Of a stretch of 64,000 bases of DNA, positions 26,925-41,100 are shown one piece after another. Origin of the DNA: Kudoa neothunni (taxonomy: Eukaryota; Animalia; Cnidaria); the NCBI GenBank assembly GCA_964304625.1, contig OZ199840.1:2654787-2718786 (forward strand), in the 5' to 3' direction. A model generated the notes under the pieces. That model saw only the letters and a list, made by a program, of their open reading frames with translations, was not told the origin of the DNA and did not search any database. The translations under genes and the position numbers were made by a program. Position 1 is the stretch's first letter, and every line of letters starts with the position of its first letter.

Positions 26925-27539
26925 TATATACATGGTCGATTGGGTAATGGGGGAGTATCCAGCTGCCTAAATTCGGCTTGTTCTACGTAACTAATCTTCC
27001 CGATTCCCACACGAATCAACACTTATCACGATTTTAAAATATGGTCACACATACAAATTTAACAAAATTTTTAGTTTTAACAATTTCCTAAAACACACGT
27101 TTGGGCGAAATCGTTACACGAGCATTACAATACGCACGCGTCATCGTTTAAGTCTTCACTAATTACTGGTCTATGGAGCTTCATCAATGTTGTTTATTTT
27201 TATTACAAATATTTATATTTTCTATTGAAACCTGTTTAATCATTCTTGAGTCTGTGCCAACCGTAAATAATGGTGTACACTAAGAAATCAATTTCACGTA
27301 ATCCCCTCGGGACCATGAAAAAAGGTGCGTAAAACCGGTAACGTCCAATTTGACGCATTCGTGTAGGCAATTATTTCAAAAAAAATTGGCATTTAATAAT
27401 GATTAACTTGCGGGTATAAAGATTAGTTAACTATATATTAATTTTTCAACGGTCAATGTAATACTCCCCTTGTTGCTATCGGTGGATTAAGGCAGTTTCG
27501 TTTACATTGTAAATAAAATTTTCAGAGTATCTCTAAACA

Positions 27540-27830
27540 AACGTTCTGATTTGATTGATCTACTCGGAAGTAGTTTCAGGTGTAGCATCAGCAGATTAGC
27601 TAATAAAATTTGATTTTTAAATGTTGGGCATTTTTTAAAACAACGAAACCCTCAACGAATTGCACACGAAGGTAAATTCTTTTCTTTAGCTAATTGATTT
27701 CTCTTGATGATTATCGTGATAACGTTTACTACAATCTTTTTGTTTCGTCTCCACCCAATCCACTCATATACATCTTCATCAACAGAATTAAATTGTCATG
27801 CATGCAAATAATTTCTATTTTTAGATTCTA
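27540..27830 (-). mobile_element. pogo-like CENP-B HTH relic
   Basis: The minus strand reads FNSVDEDVYEWIGWRRNKKIVVN...AKE...FKK. Confidence 0.45.
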
Positions 27831-28281
27831 AAAACATTTATAGGTTTTGATTATTTTATTTTTCATCTCTAGGATGCCATTAGGTTGGAGATTTTTATAA
27901 GAATAAGTAATATTGTACTTTTCAGCAATAGGTATAGTTATAGGAGTTTTTTGACAATAAATATTGACTTAACTAAATAATAAACGAGAAATACGCGAAA
28001 AAAGTGCGTGAAATTGAGAAACCACGTGATTGTTAGTTACGCTATTTAGCAATTTTTTAAAATAATTTTTATGAGAAGTTTGATTTAAATATTATAAGAA
28101 AAATTCTATATAAACAATGACCAGTCAATATTCTCACTAAATAGGTTTATTAAAAATGGGTGAGATTGGTTACTTACTGTATAACATTTTTTTGGAATAT
28201 AATTGAAATTCACGTTCTGACAGAGAATTACCAGGAATCCAAACTAATTATTTAGAGCTTATAAAAAGAAGAACGCATTAA

Positions 28282-31200
28282 CCCTTCCGGTACCAACTGG
28301 GGTATTTAAGTGACCCCATATTATCTATTTTGTTTCTAAATCAAAAAATCAGCTTCTGATAGTCTTCAAAATTTCAGAATACCTCAATTACTATTATTTC
28401 GATATTTTGATGAAAATATTTTTTACAATATAATTAAATCTAATGAATAGATTCAAAAATAATACTAGAGTTAATTTTTAATGCATCGGATTAGTTTTCT
28501 AATGTTACATATTTGTTTTATAAATATTAAAAATAGCTTTATCATCCCGAAAATTTGATAATATCCGTTCTATTATATGAAAAAATGGTGCGCCTTTCTA
28601 AATATTACCGCCTCACGGATTAACGAGGATTAATCCGATTACGCCACGCGCTTAACATTTCTTGTGGATATTGAGGTAGCAATTGTTAAATAACTTTTTT
28701 TGAGGAATCGGTAATATTTAGTATGAGACTAGACCAAACCATCGATGATGTTGAAGAACTTATTGAGGATTCTTCTTCTGTAGATAATGATAGTTGCTCA
28801 GAATACGAAATATCTGAATCAGATGATTGCGGTGAAGATGATTGTGTTATTAGTGATATAGATAGTGATGAAGATTTCCAAAGTGACGTTAAATTTGCTC
28901 AAGAAAACCCGAATAATGATTCTATTTTTTCTTCCCCATCTGGTCTTGAATGGTCCAAAAGAATTTGTTCAAAAACGAAAACTAAATCACACAACATCGT
29001 TACTTCATCCTCAGGCATTTTAGAAGAGGCAAACAATATAACGTCCATTTTTGATGCCTTTGAATTGTTTATGTCGGATGATATAATTAATGAGATAGTA
29101 AAATACAGCAACAAGTACTGCGAAGAAACTAACCCAGAGACACACACGACAATAACTAAAGATGAAATAAAAGCATTTATAGGCATATTAATCGCTGCTG
29201 GGCGTTCAAATGGTAAGATGTTTGCTCATAGGAATATGTGGGATGGTAGTCCATTATTCAAGCAATTATTCTTCCCCACAGTGATATCCAGAGACAGATT
29301 CACTTATATTTATAGAAAAATCCGTTTCGACGATAAAGCTAATAGAATTTATCGGTTTTAAATTACAAACGACAAATTCGAATCTTGCCGCCAAATTTTC
29401 GATCTGTTTAATGAAAATTACTTGAAATATTATTCACCAGGCACGCATATTACAGTGGATGAAAGGTTAGTAAGGTTTAGGGGTAAATGTCCGTTTCGGG
29501 TATACATGAAGAGCGAGCCCGGACGATTCGGGATCAAACTTTGGGTGGCTGCAGACGTAGAAACGTCATACCTATTAAACATTCAACCGTATACTGGGAA
29601 GATCGGTGGAACAAGGGAAATAAATCAGGCTGAAAATGTTGTCACAAGACTTGTCTCTCCATTTTATAGAACTGGCCGAGGAGTGACCGTAGACAACTTT
29701 TTTACATCCGTTTCTTTAGCCACGAAACTCTTCAAAGAGAACCTGACATTGACAGGGACAATTAGGTCGAATAAACGCGATATCCCCAAAGAATTTTTAA
29801 AATCGCCACGCCGAGAGGTTTTCTCCTCTCTGTTCGGGTTTTCTGGTCATCTTTCACTTTCTTCCTATGTACCCAAAAAGAACTATGCGGTCAATATATT
29901 GTCTACCGAATTTCATGATTCTTCAACAGAAGACACATATAGAAAAAGACCAACGGTGATTCTTCACTATAACAAAACCAAAGGTGGTGTTGATAATGGG
30001 GATAAAATGACCCAGCCATACTCCTGTTCGCGACCTACTCGTAGATGGCCACTGAAGATTTTCATGGAGATCATTGATATGGCTGCGTTGAACGCATATA
30101 TTATTTGGATCCAAAAAAATTCTGATTGGAAAAAAAATGATCGTAGCAAGCTTCAGAAATTTATTCGCGAGCTTGCTATAGAATTGGCAACACCCAATGT
30201 AGCATATCGTCGTGAGAATTCCCATACTCTTCAATCCCACATAAAGTATGGTTTCCAATTTTTTGAAATCTCTACCAATAATGACGATTTGACGATATCT
30301 GAATATAATTCCACTCAGCAATCAAAGAGAAATAGATGCCATTTTTGTCCTCGGAATAAGGATAAAAAATCCAGCCTGAGATGTTTCAACTGCTTCAAGT
30401 TTGTTTGCATAAAACAGAGTAAAAAGAAATGTTATTTATTGTTTGGATTGTACCAATTCTTTGGAATAAATCGTGTTAATATATTTTTTTATTCGGCATA
30501 TGATTGCAGATTATAAATTATACACAAATTTTCACTGGTAATTGAGTGCGATGTGTAATTCATTTTACGATCTCTAATGCATTATCATTTATGACATATA
30601 CAATTTTGGTCTATTATAATAAATAAATTCTACCTAAGGCTCAACGGATTCACAATTTTTGAATTTATACACAGTCATGCCATTTGGGATAAAAAATATC
30701 GGCCTGTTGAAAAAACGAATAAAATTAACCTCGCTACAGAGGAAAGAATAATTTTGTTTACAAAATAATTCTCTACTTTGAGAAATTTTACCAAATATGA
30801 CTCGTAAAATTAAGAAAATATCTACATAAAAGTAAATATTCTAATTTCTGTTTTCGCTACTATTTTGCGAATTTCAAAAATAATAAAATAATGACAAGGC
30901 GAAAGTGATTTTGTTGTACAAATACATATTAAAAATAATTACGTACAAATATGACAGATATGTTGAATATTATTTTTGGTGCCTTAAACACTGATGCTCA
31001 AATAATGCAAACTGAAGTCACTGCGCCATTCATTGTTTAAAAATATTATTATTTTGTGTATTATTCCATGGATGTAACTATTGACACGGCAAATAATATT
31101 TAGAGGTCACTAATTTTGGCTATATTTAATTATTTATATCACATCGCTTCGCTTTTGCCTGTCAGGAATAATTAAATAGAGCAGATTTTAAACGATTAAA

Positions 31201-31796
31201 TCTATACAAAGTTTGTGAGTAAGAGTCGCTGAGATAAAAAATTTATATTGAGTAAGCGTACATGCAGTTTATGACTAAATTTTGTGTCTATAGCATCTGC
31301 CTACTAAAATTTAGGAAATAATATAGATCAGCATTGGATAATAGAAGTCTTCGCTCATATAGCTTAAATTTGATCAAAGCGGCAATCACACCGATCCATC
31401 ATTAGCTACGGATTCACCAACTTATGCCGAAAAGCGATGAGTATTTAATTGCTGTGATGGTCATTATTTTTTCTAATTATTCTTAATTTTTTGATCATTA
31501 GTCTTCCATATATCCTGTTTCGGCATAAAATTGATAATATTTGCTATTTATGCTACATTTTGATGCATTTGTATCATTGTCCGTGCAATGGTTTTCGTCA
31601 TGAACAAAATGATTTATGTATAGGTCAAATAATAAAAACTAATTTTATTGGGCATGAATTATCATATTTGTGTCTCTTATTTTTGGTGAAATAGTTTCTA
31701 GCAGATTGAACAACTTTAAGGTGTAATTCGGCTGGGGTACGTTAGTGACCCCAGTTGGTCATCCACGTTCTGTTATCGTAGTTGGTACAGGAAGGG
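28282..31796 (+). mobile_element. Full-length piggyBac transposon
   Basis: TTAA TSD at 28278-28281 and 31797-31800; 17-bp TIR CCCTTCC(G/T)GTACCAACT; subterminal TGGGGT...GACCCCA palindromes, abutting the left TIR and spaced from the right TIR. Confidence 0.96.
28723..30469 (+). pseudogene. piggyBac transposase (PGBD4-like DDD) with one nonsense codon and one C-terminal frameshift
   Basis: The ORFs at 28723 and 29422 share a frame, separated by TAA at 29359-29361. Catalytic TVDE, VDNFF and GGVDNGD are intact. The Cys-rich tail CHFC...CFNC...C continues as VIYCLDC in another frame after the A-run near 30421-30429. Confidence 0.9.
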
Positions 31797-32160
31797 TTAA
31801 TATGTGTTGTGTGGTTTACGTAGAGCCCACTAGGTACCGAGAGAACTAACGTGATATAGAAACATACCATTACAATTTATTGCAGGCGATAAGTTTAGTT
31901 TAAAAATTAATCTCATTAATAAATATTCAAAGATCGAAAATATTAAAATTATTAGGTTAGAAAATTAATTATAAAATACGACTAGATAGAAATAATTAGT
32001 TATCAAAATAAATACTATTACAGCGTTGCATGAGAACAATTATAAAAGGATGTGATACATTATTTTAATCCAAAAAATTCAACAATAAAAGAGTATACAG
32101 ATGAAAAACATACAAGATATTATACTAACTCATTATGAGTTTTCAAAATTTCAGGAGTAT

Positions 32161-35100
32161 TTATCGATTATCCAGAAGATTAACAAACACCTAAGACAAG
32201 CTTTAGATATTTTTTCAATGTTATACCTTTACCTGCTCGAGTTTTGTTTGACTTACAGAAAAGCTCTCAATACTAGACGCTTGAGCTATCCTGGTTAGCA
32301 TCTTGAATATATGACTTATCGTACATTTTTTTAATGGAATTTTAAAATGAAGCGTTTCCACGTGAGTTTCCTATCAGATTAAAATATAAAAATTACTAAA
32401 GGAATTAATTATAAAATTAGTTATATGTATATATATATATATATATATAAAGGTTAGAATGATAATTGATCATTATAAGCTAACATAACAATATGGATAC
32501 CTGTAATTCGGCATAAGGAAGCAAATCAGCAAACAATGACACAATGCTATCCATTTCATCAGAAGCTCGAATCTTCACAATTATCTCATATCCCGAACCA
32601 AATTTGTTGGTCAGATGTTGAGGCGATCCAATACAAGCGAACTGTCCTTCTATCATAATAGCTATGCGATCACACAAAATCTGGCATTCGTCCATACTAG
32701 TGATAAATGTACACGTAATTAAATATTATCTACGCCCCCCCCCTTAAATTCATTGGCTAACATATAAATCAAATTACTTATGAGAGGTTAGAATGACACT
32801 AGTTCCCCTCTTTGATAAGTCGCTGAATGGCTTTCCAAATTTGTCTTCGCGCTGAAGGATCCATCCCGGCAGTGGGTTCATCGTAATAGATAATTGTAGG
32901 ACTTGAGATCTCACACAAACACACCATAAGCTTTCTTCTGTTTCCAAGACTAAGGTTACCCACCAGTTGATTTGAAAATCCGCCCAAATCATATTTATTA
33001 ATCAATTGAAAGCATAGCTATTATCAAACAAGAGAAATTGATAATAAGCATTTAAATCGCATTGATATTAACAATACCTGTTTTATTTCAACGCCAGAAT
33101 ATCCTCTCAAACGTGAGAACAGTTTAATGTGATCTGCAGGTGTGAGAAACATGTCCAAAGCGTCAAACTGTGGGCAATACGAAAAGGGGTGCATTAGTGA
33201 ACCTAGAAGACAATCAGTTAATGCTGCGTGCATAGCATAGATGCTAAGTATATGACTTTGTTTCCTCGTATTCATCTCCATAGGATATACAACCAGAAGT
33301 GGAAGCGATTTGGCCTGTAAGCATTTTGAATGTGGTAGTTTTCCCGGCCCCATTGACACCCAAAAGACCAAAACACTAAAATAATAAGAAATTTTCAGTT
33401 ACAAAAGATTACAGAACATATGAAGTATTACTTCTCCTCTGTTTACTTGGAATGATACATTTTTTACAGCATAAGCTCTAGGCTTAAACAAACCTGAATA
33501 CATCTATCGAATCCAATGTTTTATCATTAATGATTTTGGATGGTCAATACATGGGCATAATATGAATACTTTTTTAAGTTTGCAAACCCTTAATGCAAAA
33601 TCTTGGAATAAGCTAGAAGTTACGGTGAGGGTTTCTTCCAAAACATCACTCTCCATATGGTCATAGGCTGAGTCATTAGAGAACTCATTTCCCCTAGATA
33701 TCATATCTAACGGATGGGTATTCTGCATATAGTTGCTAGGATCGTTATTGGGTTTTCTTCTCAGATAATGCACAATGTTTTCCATCAGTATCAGAGCAAT
33801 AATTCCAACAGTTCCAAAAGTGGCGAATGCAAGCATAATCTTTCCTGTGAATGCCATCTCATAATTAGTATAAGTGTGGAAATTTAGATTAGCTAACAAT
33901 ACAATTTTATCTAAGGATCATATTTTATTGAAAAATTACGATATTTTTTATTGAGAATATATTTAAAGTTATTTCTGAATATTTTGGTTATTGCATTAAC
34001 AAAAGAGTGTTGAGGAATTATCAACAAATAGTTGTTAATCAGTTTGAGATCGTCATTATTTAGCTAGAAGAATTCTAATTCCAGAAAAAACAAAGGATTG
34101 TTTACTCTTCCTATCACTTCAAGCACACCCATTATCATATTTCCAAGATTACTGAGTATCATGTTGTAGACACAAAATACAATATATGCAGAGCTGGCGG
34201 AGTCAAAAAGAAGCGACAAGCCATAAATTTGTGGAATTGTAGCATATCTATGTGGGCGAGTTCACAACCGAAAAAAATTCAATAAATTACGCAAATAACA
34301 TAAAAAGTATAATAGTGTGAACTGAGTTTCGACCAATCATTGGATCGATACCAGTCAGCCTGAACACCAGCAGAGACACGAAAACAGAAAATAGGAATGA
34401 AGACTAGTGAATTTTTTTGTTGGTTAGACCATAATTATCATTTTGTACATTTATTAAGAAAAAATACCAGATCAAAAATAACATTTCCAACAATGTAAAC
34501 CCACGTGTTCAGTCCATATATGTCGAAGAGATGCCGTAGATTTGAGACGCGAGTTTCAACCACAAACAAACAGAATGACGATACCGCGAAGCTCATTCCA
34601 ATGCCCAAAAACATTGCAACAGACATAAAATTTTGAGATTTTGAACTAAAAAGTGTATAAAGTCTTTCTGTGATAATCGTAATTTTAAAGTTGTTTGAAA
34701 CATATAAAAGTTAATTTTTTTATATCGATTAATCCCAAAACTTTTCGGAAGGTAAAAAACAATAAATATTTACTTAATATATTTATTATGTAACAGATAA
34801 ATATTATAAATTATGAGTTAATTATCTTAATAAAAACGAACATTAATTTATTTTTAAATGGAAAACATAATAAAAATTGTAAATTCCGATCGATAATAAT
34901 TTAAGTTTATTTTTCAGCGGGTGATATATTACAAAGATCTCCCACTTATTTACTGATATCTGTGATCATATGATAATTAGAAAATTAACGTAATGTTGCA
35001 TCCTCTCTATTAGAATTATTCCAAATATGTAATGATTATTACTTATGAAAAATAATAGATTTGTAATTTAAAAATTATTAATTTTCCCAATTAAATTTAA

Positions 35101-38100
35101 ATAAAAATAATAAATTTTAACTTAATTACTAAACTTTCTCAATTATACTTATTAAAAAATGATGAATATGTATTTTATTAATAAATTATCTCAATTAAAT
35201 ATAAATAAAACCGAAAAAGTTTAGCGAATTAATTGTTATTGAAATTAAAATGTGTTAAACATTGATCCGCGTGAGACGATTTAATCTCTATATACGATTT
35301 AATGTAGAAGTTTAACTATTTTAATTTTTAGTAAAACATTTGTATCATCTTTTAACATATCCAAATTGATAATTAATTTTTAAAATTATTTGAAAATAAA
35401 TATATGTTAATATTTTTGAGAGGTAACAAAATTAAGATTTGATATATTCAATTTATTTATAAATTATCTTTAACAAAAAATATGCTCGTTGTAATTTACA
35501 ATTTATTTTTGTAAAATTATAAATTGTGAATTCTTGGATTTGACACGATTGAATGATTACCTTATATATTTATTCACTTAAACAGCTAACTAATTAATTA
35601 GTTACTTTATGTATTCAATTATTGCAACTGGCCAAGTATTATTTTTGTTTGAATGTTATCCCCACGCAAACACATTCACAATCTTAAAGTTTTATAATTA
35701 TTTTTAATCTTATATAAAGATTTTATCTCCTTATGATCGATGATTTAATTATTTAAAATCACAAAATTGAACTAAGATTAGAAAACAAATATGTGCAAAT
35801 GCCAGATTATTATTACACCTGGTAGTAGCAATTCTCAAATATTAAAAGAAATGGACTACATTACTAATTACATTTATTAAAATAATAAACGTAATTTCAT
35901 ATAAACATAAATTAAAGACTTAAATAATATTCCGTTTTGATGTCCCTCAAAAAATTAAATTTTACGTTATCCCGGAAAATTAATTTGTTTAAAAATATAT
36001 TATTTTTGTTTATAAAAATCTAATTCTTTTCGAATATTTGATTAATTGACCATCCAAAATTTCATTATTATATGAAAAGAGAATGAGTTTACAATAAATA
36101 TTAGCGGATAAGTATATTTTTATTTTCGTAGGAATATTGGTAATAAACTATAATAAATAGAAATTTTTAATAATTACTTGAAAAATAATGTATTAAATGT
36201 TATTAAAACAAGTTAGTATTTCGAAAATAGTTAACTATGAATAAATAGTTTATATAACAGTTAACTAAAAAATCTCAAAATAATATTTTATATAATCGGA
36301 CCATTTCATGTATCACAAACATTGAATTATACCTGAGAGAATTACGACTGTCGTATTGCTCGTAAAACATCTTTTGAATGTATCCTTTGATGGGCCGATC
36401 GGGACATTTGGCCTTATTTTCGTTGCAATTATGTTTGAAGATCAAATTGTTCAAAAAGTTTAATCCCATCACAGACGAATGGAATAGATGATAATCATAT
36501 TGCATCTAAAATACGAATAATAATATCAAACCCGAATAAACCACAAATATGTCTGAAATTACATATGTGGAAAAATGGGTCTCTCCATAGAAATGACTAA
36601 CATTATTATTGAACGATATTGAGAATGGTCTAAGTGTAAAGTTAACATAAATCCAAAACTGAGCACAACAATTTTAAATTTTTATTATAAATAAATTTAG
36701 AGATAAATATAATTGTTTGATATTCAATAAAAACAAACCTGTTTCGATCATAGGAAGACTGAGTCTCCATCAGATAGGAATCAAAGGGGCATTTATCTAT
36801 CCAAATGAATCGACAATCCTCGAAAGGTTTCCGCATCCAAATGTGTCTGTAGCTGTCGTTTTTAAGAACATGATTATTGATTCCATCAGCAGGGCAACTA
36901 TTCTGGTAAACCTTTTGAGCCAAACAATGATCTATATTCGGGAACAAAGTGTCATCTAAAAAACATTTAATATATGAAGGCCCAACGAATTAATACTTCT
37001 GGGGGCGTAGTTATCTTTAAATGTTTTCAGCAAAAGATGTGGCGATTTATTGCCGGGATGTTGTTGAGCAACGACCAAATTTTGGGGCCAATGCTTGGAC
37101 ATTAATTTGATATCGATTGGAAGTAAAGGTTCGCTACCAACTCTTGAATTAACCAGCACAATAAGACAAGATAAAGCAATGAAAATAGACGGGACCAAAA
37201 ATTGGCAAACAAGCATGCGATAATCACGAACAAACCTGAGCATTCTAATTTGAAAAACGACAATGAACAATTTGCAAATATGGCCAAATTTGTCCACTGT
37301 GTCAACCGATGTGTCACTGAAATAATCACGTTGGTTGAGGTTCAATCTGACACATTTGTTAGGGGGACGTCGAGGAACCTCGTCGTCGTCCTCTTGTGAA
37401 AGAAATCCATCGTCCTCCACTGGCTGATTCATATCACCAGCCAATGGATCTACGTGATTAAGATCGGTACGGATATACTGATCAGCATCATTCAAATCTT
37501 CACGATACAGAAGTTGATCGGGATTTATTAAATTATTCGTTCGGTTTTGCTGATACATTCTCAAGTTAAGAAACACATCCTCCAGTGATGGTGCATCTAG
37601 CCCATATTCCTTTATTTGAAGCTGTTCCATGTTTATCTCAATATGATCCAACAGTTGGATGAAATTTTTAGATTTTTCTGCATCTTGTTGTAACTCGATC
37701 ACAATATCTTTCTTGCCACATCTCACTAGCCTGGAGTTGTCAACAAAATTGTTGAACTCCCCCAAAAAATCAATTGCTTGATTTTCAGTCCATTCTGAAG
37801 CCTAAAATCATTATTTTAAAATTAAATAAACGATATAATAATAATAATTTGGTTTATTGATGTAGAATATTAATCAGCGATAAAATATTACTTTAGTGAA
37901 TGTGACCTTCAACCCACCACCATAAATTTTCTTCAACTCGAATGGTGAACCTTGTGTGATTACCATTCCTTTGGATATAAAGACCACATTGTTTCCCAAG
38001 ATATCAGCCTCATCCATGTGATGTGTAGTGAGCAGGATGGTTTTATCTACAGCGTCAAAACAGTAACAGAAATTCGATCACATAATGAAAAGACCTTTCT

Positions 38101-41100
38101 TGAATTTGGAGATGAGATCCCACACACTGCGTCTTGAGTACGGATCGATACCAGCTGTCGGTTCATCCAGTATCACAAGTTGAGGATCGCCAATAAAAGC
38201 AATACTAATGCAAAGTTTTCTCTTCATTCCTCCTGAGAGAGAATCGACCTTTTCATTTTTCTTGTCCATCATGTCCATCTTTGTGAGGACTCTTTTTCAC
38301 ACACAAATATTACGTGAAATAAATAACAAAAAATAAACCATACGAATCTATATTCTCGTTGATATTGTAAATGGATTCTTTTTTCTTTAGATGTGAATAA
38401 AAATAAAGATGATCACCAACTGTTAAAGATCCGTAAAGGATGTTAAATTGAGGACAAAACCCAATATTGGTAAAACAGCTTTCTTTGGATACCGTTCTAC
38501 CATCGATTATTATTTTCCCGCTGGTAGCGCCTATACGGCCTAATATTATAGAGATGAGGGTTGATTTTCCAGCGCCATTGTGTCCAAGTAAACAGGTAAC
38601 TTCGTTCTTGTGCAATCCAAACGTTACGTCATTCAAAACAAAGTTTTCGTTGTTGGCGAATTTCTTATTAACAAAAAATATTGTTTTAGAGCTCGCAAAT
38701 AAACTGATACTTTGCAAATGTGAAGAATATTGACGAAACTGTCTCGTAGATCTGAATCTGTAGTCGATGGGATCGATGAAATAGGTCGAGGGGAGCTGAG
38801 TTGGTCGGGTAAGATTGTAGGAGAAATTTCGTGTAACGATTGACCATCCTCATCGACATTTTTATTCTAAATCATACAAGATTAACTTCTTCCATAAATT
38901 TTCCAACTATAGCAGATAAACAGAAAATTTCATATAGAAAATAATTATGAATAACAAATATGAAAATAAAATAATTTAATATGGATGTCAAGCTGGAGCA
39001 AGATTTATTAGATTACTTTTTGTGTGGGTGGTCCAAAAGACCTATTTCTCCTTTTACTGAAATTACCGAAATCTAAATTTCCGTATGATATGAACTGAAA
39101 AGTAAATTTACTTAATTTTCTTAGGTGTATTATACAGATTGCGAGCAAAGTGTAGATGATTCCATCGAGAACAATCATCAACCAATAGAACGACAATCCA
39201 TAATCGTTCAGAGAGTAAGGGGAAATAAAAATGTTTGACATGGTGAGTTTTATTCTTTTCTCTTCCCACATACTGATTTTTAGACACACTTTTCCAAATG
39301 CGATTGGCAACGAAATTCCCTAATATATCAAAGCACCGATTAGTTCTATGTGTGTTCGATGGAGACAATTAGGAACCTCACCGAGATAACATTGAGATAA
39401 GAAGGCACTCTGTCTTTGAAGTAGACCAACAAAGGATACGGAATGTATCCAATAAAAAAAATCAAGTAACCAATAGCAGCTCCAATATTTGCGTTTTCAA
39501 ACAAACTGTAAATGACAACACAGTAGGCGAACGATGCGACACAAAAGGTGAATAGTACGGAGGAGAAAATAAAAGGATTTGTAAAAACGATGAATTTGCT
39601 CATCGTCATATAGATAGTCAGAGGGATAATGGTGAAAATTGACATTATGCAGTAGGTTAGAAACCACGCGAACAAATTTTTCCATTGTTTCGTACCCATT
39701 ATCTAATCCATTTTAAATGATCATATTATTTTAGAGAGAATAAAAGTATTATAAAAACACGCGGCTTACATTTATCATATCCAAAGTTTTTTGCTCCTTT
39801 TCCAAAATAAGATTTCTTATAGTGGAAGTAATAAGGAGAGAATATCCACAAATTGAGAAAAACGGTAGAGCGCCACAAAAAGATTGTATAATTCTATATA
39901 ATAAATAATAATACACATATTGAAAATTTTTACCAAACAAGTGATAAACTAAACATTACCTATCATATATTGTACAAAATCTAGGCATTGCAGCCATATA
40001 TTTGTCTACATAAGACAATCTATTTGGAATATAAAGTTTCATCAGCGAATATTCAACCATGTCTTGAAAGTATATAACAAAATTTTTAAAATAATGGTAG
40101 GACCAACGACTTCTGGGTAGATATTCAAGTTCACTATTTAAAATTAATAAATTAAAAATTTTTTAATTTATCTTTAAAATAAATAATTAATTAATAAAAA
40201 TTATATTTTTATTAAATACGTATATATTATTTATAGTAATACGTACACAGAATAACTTAATAAATTAGTGTTAAATTATTAGAATATTGATGCACAATTT
40301 ACGCCAGAAATTCCACACACCTGGGATACATTTCATAGGTTCTCGGTGACATGTAGGGCATGTAAATAAGTTTATAAGAAGGATCATCTTTGCTGCCGTT
40401 GAGAGATATTCCTACAAATATGCATTTAATTTACATTCTTGAAAGCATTCCTTTTTGAAGACATAATTATTTGTGATACCTATTGCAAAAGGAGAGATTG
40501 TGGAATTCACAATTTCAAACAGATTATTGATATTAATAATTGGACGAAAATAATCCACGACAGCGGTCTCATTTTTCACTAAGTCGAACCCGGTGGGTAT
40601 CCAATTGAGAGGGTAGTTTTCAAAAATGTATGAAATGCCTACCAGTAATTGTTTTGTCGTATTGTTGTTCTAATTTAACAAGTTTCAGATTAATATATAC
40701 CGAAGGATACAATAGATCACATGAATATTTGGTATATCTGATAAATCCGTCGCAGTTGAAAGAAAACAATATATTTCATTAATGGATTCTGAGTGTTCAG
40801 AGAGATTGGACATGAGGTCGGCGAATTCCTTAAAAAACTCATTGAGGTGAGTAAGAACAGTTTGACCGATTGCAGTATTATTTGAAGCCAGAGGATATTT
40901 GTTAACAGTAATCGCGTAGAGGGTTTTAGGAATAGTTTTCTTTTTGCAGGTTTCTTCTGGATTCGGATCTAAAAATAATTTCAAAAAATATGCTTTCTTA
41001 TTGAACTCAATATTGGATTTTTTATTCTCCAGTTTTTTATAAAATCACAGCTAATTAACATCAAAATATAGTAATAGTTCTAAAAGTGCGATTTATATTT

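Noticed and set aside
29359-29361. Stop-codon reassignment suggested by in-frame TAA in the piggyBac transposase and at 43839
   Set aside because: The four host genes terminate at TAA or TAG and need no internal stop read-through; a nonsense mutation in a TE is ordinary.
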